Source: an uncultured Actinomycetota bacterium
GTDB lineage: Bacteria > Actinomycetota > Thermoleophilia > RBG-16-64-13
DNA: 64,000 nucleotides
Assembly (NCBI GenBank): GCA_963721365.1
Contig: CAVRJE010000025.1
Location: 21,838 to 85,837, forward strand
Reading direction: 5' to 3'
The translations under genes and the position numbers were made by a program. The notes under the pieces were generated by a model. The model was not told the origin of the DNA. It ran no database searches and worked only from the letters and a program-made list of their open reading frames with translations. Below are positions 8,962-18,244 of this stretch, piece after piece. The stretch's first letter is position 1. Each line of letters begins with the position of its first letter.

Positions 8962-10433
8962 ATGGTAGCTTGGCGGAGGCTGGCAGCCGGGGCTGTTGTC
9001 ATCTTGGCGCTCACCGTCGCCGGCCTGGCGGTCGCGCCTGCACGGCCAGCGAGGCCGATCTTCTGGAGACTCTGAAGACCGCGACAGACGACTCGGCGCG
9101 GCAGGAGGCGGCCGCCCAACTCGCTCAGCTACATTCGATCGCGGCCACCAAGGAGCTCATCGCGTCGGCGGTGACCGGCGGCGCCGCTGTCGACGGGCTG
9201 GGCGCTCTCAGGGACCAGTACATCATTCTGCTCAACGACTCGGTCGCCAAGCAGAGCACTCCCGGCGATACGATGCCGAAGCCGACCGTCGACGCCCTCA
9301 ACAAGGTCATGGATTGTCTCTGGACGATCGGCGACGCCCGGGCGATCGCCGCTATCGGAGATCTGGTGTGCGACCCCGAGCGCCAGAAGGCCGGGCTCGG
9401 AGCGGGCGATGCCGCCCTGTCCCCCGATCTCTCGGCTCTGCAACGGCACGGGCTTGGCTTGCTGAAGCGGGTCAAGGACAACCCGGCAGCACTCGAGGCG
9501 CTCGTTCAGGCCGCCACGCTCCCAGGGGCCATGGAGTCCACCGCGCAGGTCCGCGAGGCCGCGGCCGAAGTGCTCGCGGCCAACCCCGAGGCCGTGGATC
9601 CCCTGATCGAGGCGCGTGACGCGACCGATGACGAAGAAGTGCTCGCGGCGGTCGACAAGCTTCTTGCGAGTATCGGGGACTCGGCGGTGGCGCCGCTCGT
9701 CGCCCTCCTGGGCGCCGAGGCCTGGCCGGAAGATGTGCTCCGCCGGATCGGCGCCGGTGCGGTGTCGCCGCTGGCGGCGAGACTGACCGACGAGGACCCG
9801 GCCATCCGCTACACCGCCCTGGGGGTCTTGCTGGGGATGGGGATCGACGGAGACACCACGATCGCCGATCGTCTGGCTCGGGCCGACACGATCCCCCTGC
9901 TCATCGCAGCCCGCCAGGAGGCCGGGTTTGACGGCGAACGCAACGCGGCCCTCGAGTCGATCCTCTCCGCCGTCGGAGAGCCGGCCATAGAGCCGGTCAT
10001 GGCTCTTGTGGGGACGCAGACGTGGGCGCGCGAGGTGTTGGCCGGCATGGGTGCCAAGGCGGTGCCGGTGTTGATGAAAGCCCTCCAGAATGAGGACCAG
10101 GCCGTCAGGTATGGCGCCGCCGACGCCCTCGTTCTGATCCAGAAGGCGAACCCGCAGTTGGTGAGCGAGTTGATGGCCGCGCTGGAGGCGAGCGACTCCA
10201 AGTTCATCGCCACCAATTACCCCTTCTACATAAGGCTCGGCCAAGAGGGCACCGAAGACGCGTTGATCCGCGCCCTGACCAAGGCGGGTACCAAGGAGAT
10301 GTGCGTCGACTATCTCAACTGCGGCAACGAGAAGCTCGACGCGGCCGCCCGCACGTGGGCCGCCAAGCATAAATACGAGGTCAACACCACCCCGGGCTCC
10401 CACGACGGGCCCCAGTGGGGGGAGGGCGCGTAG
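8962..10433 (+). CDS. Signal-anchored HEAT-repeat (PBS-lyase-type) protein; one frame break near 9045
   Basis: ATG 8962 gives MVAWRRLAAGAVVILALTVAGLAVAPA (signal/anchor). A shift then joins ORF 8931..10433 (...EADLLETLKTATDDSARQEAAAQLAQL..., repeated motifs such as DPAIRYTALGVLLGMG and DQAVRYGAADALVLI). Confidence 0.7.
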
Positions 10434-10503
10434 CACCGAGCGGGCCGGCCGGGCGGGCCGCCCAGCTCCCGGGCGGCCGCGGGCGCCGCGCCGGCAGCCG
10501 CCG

Positions 10504-12357
10504 CTACGCCGTGGGTATCACCGGCAGCACTATATGCGACGGGTGGTCCTTGTCGTGGTACACCGTGTCCCGCCCTACCTTGAGCCCGTAGTAGTGGCCG
10601 CCGAAATCGAAGGCGTTGGAGTCGTAGCAGGCGAGGTCCACCCGCACCCGGTGACCCTTCGGGAACAAGCACGACGTCGCCCAGACCTCGATCTCGAACT
10701 TGTAGACCTTCCCAGGCTCAAGGGGCTCCGGCTTGTCGTGGCGGTAATAAGGCCGGTAGGGGAGGCTCTTCGCCTCGTCCTTGGTGGCGGCGTGCGACGC
10801 TTTGAGCCAGCCTCGGGTGAGCATGAGCGCCCGCGGCGGCATTCCCGGCACCTGCGCCGCGTCGGGGAACTGGTCGGTAAGGCGCACGAAGAAGTCGGTG
10901 TCGGTCTGGTCTGACGAGGCCCACAGGTTGAGCACGATGCTGCCGATCACCTCCAGGTCCTCTTCGAGCGGATCGGTGGCGAAGGTGAGGATCTTGCGGA
11001 CCGGGTTGGGCACCCCGCTTTCCATGACGGCCGTCCCCAGGCCCGAGAAGTGCGACCAATCGGGGTCTGGATAGTCGTAGCTGGTGGAGCCGGCCATCAC
11101 CGTCGCCTTGGTCTCGCCCGCGGCCATCACGTCCTCCGGGGCCCATGCCGTGCGCGGCCGGCCCATCGTCCCTGCCGGCCCGCTCCCCGGCGCGCCGGGC
11201 GCAGGCGCGGGCGGCGCCGGCTCGTATGCGGCCGTCGGCGGCTCCCACGTGAGCAGGCCGTCGTTCAACGACTCCACGCCCCCGCTCGGTCCCGGCGCCA
11301 GGTACAGGTTCTTGTACTGGGTCCGCGGCAGCGGCCAGTCCTTCTCGGGACGGTAGATCTCCCGGTTCCGCACGAACACGGTCACCGGGTCCTCTTCCAT
11401 GCAGCCGGTGTCGTTGCCCTTGAGCCAGTGGTCGTACCAGCGCAGATGGAGGAGCTGCATCTCCCGGGAGTTGAAGATGGCCATCTCGTCGCCCTCGAAA
11501 TCCCCATGACAGAGGAGCAGCTTCTTGGGCGTGGTCACCGTCTCGTATCCCCGGATGTTCCCGCGCAGGTGTATCCCCACCTTGTGCAGGATCCCGATGC
11601 TGTACACCGGCACCTTGATCTTGGCGAAGTCCGGGTTCCGGACCTTCCAGAAGTCGTCGCACGTGGGGTGGTGCATGACGTTCCAGGGCAGGTCCCACAG
11701 ACCGACGTTGTCGGCAGGCCCGTACTTGCCCAGCCGGTAGTTGGCCCTTATCTCCGCCGTCCACCAGTTCGCGGGGAAGCCGAGGGCCATGATGCCGCCG
11801 TGGAACGCCACGTCCCGGTACATGTCGGCGCCGGCGTCGAAGGGGGCTATGCAGGCCAGGTGCGGCGGCTGCATGGCCGCGGTGAACCACTGCACCCAGG
11901 CCAGGTACGACTCGCCGATCATGCCCACCTTGCCGGTGCACCAGGGCTGCTCCGCGATCCACTCCACCATGTCGTAGTGGTCGTTCTGCTCCTCCTGGCT
12001 GAAGAGCCGGAACTCGCCCTCCACCGACTTGCCCGTCCCCCGGACGTCATGGTGCACGTACACGTAGCCGCGGGAGACGAACCACTCGATGTCGTTGGTC
12101 TCCCGGAAGTGGAACACCGGCCACTGCGGCAGATACTCCAGGTCCTTCTGGTAGCCGCTCGTCGCGTAGAGAGCGGGAAACTCGCCCGGCGATTCCGGCC
12201 GGAACACGTCGCAGGCCACCCGCACCCCGTCGCGCATGGTGACGAACACGTCGCGGTCCACCACCATCTTGTACTGAGGCTTGCTCAGCCTGTCGGCGGG
12301 AAAGCCCTCGGGCAGCATGGTCGACATGATCTCGGGTTTGAGGATCTTCGAGTACAT
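10504..12357 (-). CDS. CocE/NonD family hydrolase (X-Pro dipeptidyl-peptidase S15 fold), paralog 1
   Basis: Intact 617-aa ORF: ...VTMRDGVRVACDVFRP...DVRGTGKSVGEF...MVEWIAEQPWCTGKVGMIGESYLAW (GxSY nucleophile elbow)...C-terminal beta-sandwich. Carries a Pro/Ala/Gly-rich insertion of about 45 aa that is absent from paralog 2. Confidence 0.85.
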   Translation of the reverse strand: MYSKILKPEIMSTMLPEGFPADRLSKPQYKMVVDRDVFVTMRDGVRVACDVFRPESPGEFPALYATSGYQKDLEYLPQWPVFHFRETNDIEWFVSRGYVYVHHDVRGTGKSVEGEFRLFSQEEQNDHYDMVEWIAEQPWCTGKVGMIGESYLAWVQWFTAAMQPPHLACIAPFDAGADMYRDVAFHGGIMALGFPANWWTAEIRANYRLGKYGPADNVGLWDLPWNVMHHPTCDDFWKVRNPDFAKIKVPVYSIGILHKVGIHLRGNIRGYETVTTPKKLLLCHGDFEGDEMAIFNSREMQLLHLRWYDHWLKGNDTGCMEEDPVTVFVRNREIYRPEKDWPLPRTQYKNLYLAPGPSGGVESLNDGLLTWEPPTAAYEPAPPAPAPGAPGSGPAGTMGRPRTAWAPEDVMAAGETKATVMAGSTSYDYPDPDWSHFSGLGTAVMESGVPNPVRKILTFATDPLEEDLEVIGSIVLNLWASSDQTDTDFFVRLTDQFPDAAQVPGMPPRALMLTRGWLKASHAATKDEAKSLPYRPYYRHDKPEPLEPGKVYKFEIEVWATSCLFPKGHRVRVDLACYDSNAFDFGGHYYGLKVGRDTVYHDKDHPSHIVLPVIPTA

Positions 12358-12401
12358 CGGCTATCTCCTCGCGTGGTCGGCGGCGCCGCAGCGCCGCTCG
12401 G

Positions 12402-13424
12402 TTACAGGTGGAACCCCAGGCGCTTCGGGTTCTCGTCGTACAGCTTGTGCTCGTCCTCGGGCGTCATGCCCACGGTGCCCAGGAATTCGTCGATCTCCGT
12501 GGTCGTCTCGAACGGGTAGTCCGTCCCCAGGCAGATGCGGTCCATCCCCAGCGCTTCCTGCGTACAGTGAAAGGCCGCCGCCAGGAAGTTCCCGCTCGTG
12601 GTCACGTACAGGTTCTCGGCGAGATACTCGCTCGGGCGCTTCTTGATGGGGGGCATGGAGCCGGACCCCTTCGGTACGTGGTACTGCAGGAACGAGCGAT
12701 CCACCCGCTTGAGCAGAAAGGGGAGGGCTTCGCCGTAGTGGCCAAGAATGATCGTCAACTTCGGAAACGCGTCGAACACCCCGCCCAGGATGAGCCGCAT
12801 CATGACGATGGAGGTCTCGATGCCGAACCCAAAGCTGGGCCCGGCCAGGGCCAGGCCGTACTCGGTGAGCTGGCGGATGATCGGAAAGGTCGGGTGCAGG
12901 TAGACCGGCACCCCCAACTCCTCGGCCTTCGCGAGGATGGGCCAGTACCGCTTGTCGTCCAGGTACGAATCCCCGAAGTTCGAATGGGTGTTCCAGCCCT
13001 TGAAGCCCAGTTCCTTGACGCAGCGCTCGAGCTCCCTGACGGCCTCTTCGGGCTCGCGCACCCCCAGGGTGGCGAAGCCCAGGTAGCGGGTGGGGTGCCG
13101 GTCGATGGCCTCGGCCAGCTTGTCGTTCGCGTCCCGGGCTATCGCCGTCGCCACCTTCGGCTCGAGCACCTCGGGAGCGGGAGCGGTGTGCGACAGGACC
13201 GCGACGTCGATCCCTACCGCGTCCAGGGCCGCGATGCGGGCCTCGTCCACGTCGAGGAGGCGGTTTACCAGCGCGTCGCCGAAGGGCTGCCAGTAGTCGG
13301 GACCGTGATAGACGTGCCGCTCCCCGGTCTCCTTGTCGTCCACGAAGCGGGGGTATCCCGGGTTGTTGTAGACGGCGTCGACGTACATCTCGGTGGCGAA
13401 GTGGTTCTCCAGATCGATCTTCAT
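12402..13424 (-). CDS. Amidohydrolase_2 family protein (ACMSD / hydroxybenzoate decarboxylase-like), paralog 1
   Basis: From ATG 13424: MKIDLENHFATEMY...ELERCVKELGFKGWNTHSNFGDSYLDDKRYWPILAKAEELGVPVYLHP...LGTDYPFE. The IDLENHF N-terminus resembles the I-x-LEEHF metal site of non-oxidative decarboxylases. ATGA overlap with the TetR stop. Confidence 0.8.
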   Translation of the reverse strand: MKIDLENHFATEMYVDAVYNNPGYPRFVDDKETGERHVYHGPDYWQPFGDALVNRLLDVDEARIAALDAVGIDVAVLSHTAPAPEVLEPKVATAIARDANDKLAEAIDRHPTRYLGFATLGVREPEEAVRELERCVKELGFKGWNTHSNFGDSYLDDKRYWPILAKAEELGVPVYLHPTFPIIRQLTEYGLALAGPSFGFGIETSIVMMRLILGGVFDAFPKLTIILGHYGEALPFLLKRVDRSFLQYHVPKGSGSMPPIKKRPSEYLAENLYVTTSGNFLAAAFHCTQEALGMDRICLGTDYPFETTTEIDEFLGTVGMTPEDEHKLYDENPKRLGFHL

Positions 13425-14041
13425 CGAGCGATGCTGGCGAGGATGCGCTCGAGCATCTGCTGCCCCCGGGTGACGTCCACGTACTCGTCCAGCCCCATGA
13501 GATAGGACACGTCCTGGGCCCAATACACGGCCACCAACTCCCAGGCGAGCTGCGCGCTGTCGACGTCCCGCCGCACCAGGCCCTGCTCCTTTCCCTCCTC
13601 AAGGATGGCGGAGATGCTATCGATGGCGGCTCGCTGATGTTCGGCCAGCGGCTCGCGCAGCCCGGACTCCGGCGGGGCGGCGACGAACTCGAAGAGCGGG
13701 TGGACGAACCCCTCGGAGTCGTCGGCGATGATCCCGGCGTGGTAGCGGCCGATGGCCCGCAACCGCTCCAGCGCGTTCTCGTTCTCGGCGCTGTGGATGA
13801 CCTTGAAGACGCGCTCGTACACCAGGTCCATGGCGGCGAGCAGCATCTCCCTGCGGCTGGCGAAATGCCGGTAGAGGGTGGCCTCGGAGATCCCGGCCGC
13901 CGCGGCGATGCGGGAAGTAGTTGTCGACTGCACCCCGTTCTTGGCCACCAGGTCCATGGTGACTTCGACGATCTGCTGCTTGCGCTCGGCAGCGGTCATG
14001 CGCCGGGCTCTCTTGGCGGCGGTGGCTTTCATCGACGCCAT
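13421..14041 (-). CDS. TetR/AcrR family transcriptional regulator
   Basis: From ATG 14041: MASMKATAAKRARRMTAAERKQQIVEVTMDLVAKNGVQSTTTSRIAAAAGISEATLYRHFASRREML (TetR HTH). 206 aa. First gene of the TetR, amidohydrolase, CocE run. Confidence 0.88.
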   Translation of the reverse strand: MASMKATAAKRARRMTAAERKQQIVEVTMDLVAKNGVQSTTTSRIAAAAGISEATLYRHFASRREMLLAAMDLVYERVFKVIHSAENENALERLRAIGRYHAGIIADDSEGFVHPLFEFVAAPPESGLREPLAEHQRAAIDSISAILEEGKEQGLVRRDVDSAQLAWELVAVYWAQDVSYLMGLDEYVDVTRGQQMLERILASIAR

Positions 14042-14083
14042 CGTAACGCATTTCGGGCGGCCGAAGTGAGCGGTCACTCCGTT

Positions 14084-14111
14084 GGGCCGCGGGCGGGGCT
14101 TTCCGCGGCCC
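14084..14111 (-). terminator. Hairpin after the URO-D-like gene
   Basis: GGGCCGCGG (14084-14092) and CCGCGGCCC (14103-14111); 10-nt loop. About 30 nt downstream of stop 14142 on the minus strand. Followed by the imperfect palindrome GTGAGCGGTCAC (14067-14078), 26 nt before the TetR ATG, a possible operator. Confidence 0.4.
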
Positions 14112-14141
14112 AGCCGGGCGGCGCCGCGCCGCGCCCTCGCC

Positions 14142-15195
14142 CTAGCCGAACTCGCGCACAGCCTCCACAAAGGCGGCGACATTCTCGCGGGGGCTGAAAT
14201 CGAGATCGTAGGCGGGACAGAGGAGCAGACCCTCCTCGCCCCAGGGTCTCGATCCGGGCGCGCACCTCCTCGCGCATCTGCGCAGGGCTGCCGGTGTCCC
14301 ACGTCCAAGCGGTGCCGATCGTTCCCCACAGCGCCGGCCGGGCGCCGAAGGTCCTTCTGATCGCCACCGCGTCCATGCAATCCGGCGCCACTGGGTTCAC
14401 GGCGTCCACACCTATCTCGACGAGGTCGCCGATCAACTCAGAGAAATCCCCGTCGCAGTGGTACAGCACCGCCGGCGCCGCGGCCGCGGCCTGGCGAGCC
14501 GCGGCGATGATGCGGGCAAGCCGCGGCTTGAAGTGCCGGCGCCACATGGCGGGGCTGATGAGCAGACCGCCCTTGTACGCCACATCGTCGTCGAGCACCA
14601 GGACGTCGACGCCGGCTGCGGCCAGTATCCGGGCGCTCTCCGTGGCCATCGTCTCCAGTTGGTCGAGCAGATAGTCCACCAACTCGGGCCTCTTCACCAG
14701 GTCCTTCATGAAGAGGTCGAAGCCGCGCATGCGCCACGCGCTCTCGAAGAGCTCGCCGCCCAGGTGAGGCGGAGATCCGGCGACGGCGAGGCCCCGGGCG
14801 TGCAGCCTCTCGACGGCCTCCCTGAGGTGGGCATGCCGTTGCCGGTCCGTCACCCGGGGAAGCAGGCGGGCGATCCGCTCGGCGATACCGTGCGGGCCGG
14901 CCACCGCTGCGGCCTGGTCCGACCCGAGGCGCTCCGGGTGGTAGCCCCACTCGTGGTAGGTGCGGAGCTGCGCCGTGCTGCCCACGTGAACGCCCCGCGG
15001 CAACGACTCCAGGTAGTCGAGGAAGGCATCCTGACCCGCTGGTGGCGCGAAGTCGACGAAGCGGACGTCGGTCCCAAAGTACTCGTCGGCGTCTGCCGCT
15101 CCAAAGAGCGACTGCGGGAAGAAGCCCAGCGCGCAGGGGATTCGGTCGGGCTCACCGCCTCGTAGCGCGGTCAGGACTCGCTCCCGGGCGTTCAA
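14142..15195 (-). CDS. Uroporphyrinogen decarboxylase (URO-D/MtaA-type) family protein; one frame break near 14240
   Basis: TTG start 15195-15193 after GGAAGGAG. NARERVLTALRGGEPDRIPCALGFFPQ...DDVAYKGGLLISPAMWRRHFKPRL...LYHCDGDFSELIGDLVEIGVDAVNPV. The C-terminus is restored in another frame (EEGLLLCPAYDLDFSPRENVAAFVEAVREFG*, TAG 14144-14142). The break is at the C4/G3 run 14238-14245. Confidence 0.75.
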
Positions 15196-15262
15196 CGTCC
15201 GCTCCTTCCTCGTCGCCGGCGGCCCGCGCCACCCCGGTGGCGGCGCTACTTGCTCTCGCAGC

Positions 15263-15296
15263 CCGTGGAGTGTGTCAGATCTGACACACTCCACGG
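15263..15296. repeat. Palindromic element, copy 2 (core TGTGTCAGATCTGACACA)
   Basis: CCGTGGAGTGTGTCAGATCTGACACACTCCACGG, a perfect 34-bp palindrome. Lies 123 nt past the CocE paralog-2 stop and 68 nt before the URO-D-like start. Confidence 0.9.
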
Positions 15297-15373
15297 TGCT
15301 CCAAAAGGACAGGCGACACACGAGAGGCGGCCGGCCGCCATCGGCAGCGCCTGCCGCCCGCGCTCCGAATCTG

Positions 15374-15415
15374 CGCCCCGCGCCTCCGCGCCCCCGCCCC
15401 GCGCCTCCGCGCCCC
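15374..15415. repeat. Perfect tandem duplication, 2 x 21 bp
   Basis: CGCCCCGCGCCTCCGCGCCCC at 15374-15394 is repeated exactly at 15395-15415. It abuts the stop codon (15419-15421) of CocE paralog 2. Confidence 0.9.
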
Positions 15416-15418
15416 GCG

Positions 15419-17159
15419 CTACGCGGGGATCACCGGCAGGATCACGTGCGACGGGTGGTCCTTGTCGTGGTAGTAGGTGTCGTTGCCCACCTTGATGCCG
15501 TAGTAGTGGCCGCCGAAGTCGAGGGCGGGCGAGTCGCCGCAGGCGACGTCGATGCGGATCCGGTGCCCCTTCTTGAACACGTTGCTGGTGGGCCAGATCT
15601 CGATCTCGTACTTGTAGATGGTGCCCGGCTCGATCGGCTGCGGCTTGTCGTGCAGGTAGTACGGACGGTAGGGCTTCGACAGCTCCTCGCTCTTGGTCAC
15701 AGCGTGGGACGCCTTCAGCCAGCCCCGGGTCAGGATCATGCCCTTGGGTGGCATCCCCGGGATCTGTTCGTCGTCGGGTGCCTGATCCACCAAACGGCAG
15801 AACAAGTCGGTATTCGACTGGTCGGAGGAGGCGTACAGCACCAGGACGACGTTACCCGATACCTGCAGATCCTCCTCAAGCGGAGCGCTCGTGAAGGTAG
15901 GGATGCGACGCTGGCCGTAGACCACCCCGTTCTCCTCGATGACCGCGGTACCGCCGCCGGAGAAGTGGGTCCAGTCCTGATCGGGATAGCCGTAGGAGAA
16001 GGAGCTGTTCGATTCCGCCGGGGGATCCCACGACAGGCTGCCGTCGTTGAGGGAGTCGACCGCGCCACTCTTGGCCCCGTTGAAGTAGAGGCTCTTGTAC
16101 TGAGTCTGTGGCAGCGGCCATTCGTCGTACGGCCGGTACTCGTCGGCTCCCCGCACGAACAGCGACACCGGCGGCTCGTCCATGAACCCGGTGTCGTTCC
16201 CCTTGAGCCAGTGGTCGTACCATCGAAGCATGAGGAGCTGCATCTCGGGCGAGTTGTAGATGGCCATCTCGTCACCGTCCATGACGCCGTGGATGAGCAT
16301 CATCTTCTTGGGCGTCTTGACTTCCTCGTAGCCCCGGACCACGCCGCGCAGATGCAGCCCCACCTTGTGCAACGCGCCGACCACGAACACCGGGCACTGG
16401 ATCTTGGAGAAGTCGGGATTGCGCAGCTTCCAGAATTCGTCATAGGTGGGGTGGTTCATGACGTTCCACACCATGTCCCACTTGCCCATCTCCGGGTTCG
16501 GCGCCGGAGTCCCGAACCGCTCGGGGATACCCAGACGGTAGTGCCCCCGGATCTCCCACATGTTCCAGGCCGTCGGGAAACCTACCGCCATCATGCCGCC
16601 GTGCCAGGCGACGTCCCGGTACAGGTCGGCGCCCGGCGTCCCAGGGAAGGATGCAGGTGAGGTGAGGCGGCTGCTGCACCGCGGTGAACCACTGGCTCCA
16701 GGCCAGGAGCGATTCGCCCAGCATGCCCACTTTGCCGTCGCACCACTCCTGGACGGCTATCCACTCGATCATGTCGTAGAGGTCGTCCTGCATCTCCCGG
16801 CCGAACAGGTCCCACTGCCCGGTGGGCGAGTGCCCGGTGCCGCGGGAGTCCGTGTGCACGAACACGTAGCCGCGGCTGACGAAGAAGTCGATGTCGTTGG
16901 TCTCCCGCATGTGGAAGATTGGGAGGAGGGGCAGGTGATCCAGGTCCTTTTGGTAGGAGTCGGCCGCGTGCAGGGCCGGGAACCTGCCGGGAGCGTCCGG
17001 GCGGTAGATGTTGGCGGAGATCAAGGTCCCGTCCCGCATGGTGATCCAGACGTCGCGCTCGACCACGACCTTGTACTGGGGCTTGCTCAGCTTGTCGGCC
17101 GGAAAATCCTTCGGCAGCATGGTCCGCATGATCTCGGGCTTGAGGGTCTTCGAGTACAC
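15419..17159 (-). CDS. CocE/NonD family hydrolase, paralog 2; one frame break near 16630
   Basis: GTG start 17159-17157 after GGAGG. VYSKTLKPEIMRTMLPKDFPADKLSKPQYKVVVERDVWITMRDG... (39 of the first 60 residues identical to paralog 1 by hand count)...GKVGMLGESLLAW...ILPWDAG, then a shift into ORF 15419..16594. Confidence 0.85.
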
Positions 17160-17511
17160 GGGCAACCTCCTATTCCGGCTGCTGAAGAACAAAGCCGCGG
17201 CCACCGGGAACGCACTGGGCGGCACGATAGTACGTCCTCGGTCGTGCAGATAGCGCCGCTATTCGCGCTCCCTGCGTCCTTCTCTCGCGCTTGCCCATCG
17301 CGCCCCGGCGGCGAGGCTTCATTCCTCAGCAACCTCCTATCGGGTCGCTGGAAGCAACCCCCTACACTGTTTTGCTGTCTCATACGTTACAACTAGCGGC
17401 GGCCGGGGGCGAGTGGCGGTGCCGAAACGGCACGAGCGCCACGTGAGGCAGACCCACCGGCGGCGACGCGCTATAGTCTTGAGGGCGAGGTTTGTTGATG
17501 GGAGGGGAACG

Positions 17512-18210
17512 ATGAGATCGGTTGGATTGCGGGTGCTGTTCTTGGGACTAGTGGTCGGGGCTCTGGCGTTGGTGCCGGCTCTGGCGCTGGTCGGCTGCGG
17601 CGGTGGCAACGACACGACCACCACGAGCGCGACGAGCGCCCCCGAGGAGACGATCACCACCACGGCCGCCGTCGAGGAGACCACAACCACCGAGACCACG
17701 CTGGAAAGCACGACCACCACCTCGATGGTGGACGAAACCACGACTACCACCGTCGTCGAAGACACCACGACGACCACCGAGGAGCTGTCGACCGCCGAGA
17801 CGCGGCTGCCCAACGGCCACATCAAAGTCATGGGCTTCATCTCGAAGGTGTGGGAACAAAGTGGCAAGCGCTACATCATTATCGATTACGCGGAGATGCT
17901 CAGCGGCCAGGAGGCGATCGACGCGGCCATCGAGGCCGGCTATATCCAGCCGGGCGAGGACCTGCCCAACGACTACTTCATTCGCAATGCGAATACCGAG
18001 AAGCGCATGTTCGAGGTAGCCGATCCGGTCGATATCACCACCTCCACCTGGCACGGCGAGATGGACAACCCGATCACCTGGGCGGACTTCAAGAGCTTCT
18101 GGAGTGCGGCTCCGCCGGACGAGGAGGCCGGCTATCTGCGCGACTCCCCCTGGTGGATCGAGCGGGATGGGAAGACGGTCATCAGTATCGACGAGCAGTA
18201 CCTGCCGTAG
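17512..18210 (+). CDS. Lipoprotein of unknown function, Thr-rich linker plus conserved ~135-aa C-terminal domain (paralog A)
   Basis: ATG 17512 after GGGAGGGG: MRSVGLRVLFLGLVVGALALVPALALVGCGGG (lipobox LVGC), T-rich linker, then ETRLPNGHIKVMGFISKVWEQSGKRYIIIDYAEML...PWWIERDGKTVISIDEQYLP. I do not recognise the domain. Confidence 0.75.
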   Translation: MRSVGLRVLFLGLVVGALALVPALALVGCGGGNDTTTTSATSAPEETITTTAAVEETTTTETTLESTTTTSMVDETTTTTVVEDTTTTTEELSTAETRLPNGHIKVMGFISKVWEQSGKRYIIIDYAEMLSGQEAIDAAIEAGYIQPGEDLPNDYFIRNANTEKRMFEVADPVDITTSTWHGEMDNPITWADFKSFWSAAPPDEEAGYLRDSPWWIERDGKTVISIDEQYLP

Positions 18211-18244
18211 CCGGCGCGGAGTCGGCTCGAAGAGAGGGGGCTTC

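Noticed and set aside
5695-15296. The two palindromes as terminal inverted repeats of a 9.6-kb mobile element
   Set aside because: There is no transposase, integrase or recombinase between them. No flanking direct repeats are present. Each element is itself a complete palindrome, not one half of a pair. The enclosed genes (helicase, MFS, HEAT protein, catabolic genes) have the same composition as their surroundings.
15196-15418. Cobalamin riboswitch upstream of the URO-D/MtaA-like gene, and a SAM riboswitch upstream of the Cys/Met PLP enzyme (59834-59900)
   Set aside because: No B12-box-like or SAM-I-like conserved segments could be found by eye. The PLP-enzyme leader is only about 30 nt after a TATAGT box.
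17600-17790. ACC/ACG-rich repetitive tracts (also 18350-18500, 22290-22380, 54520-54600) as microsatellites or a CRISPR-like array
   Set aside because: They are in frame inside lipoprotein genes and encode Thr-rich tethers. There is no repeat-spacer periodicity.
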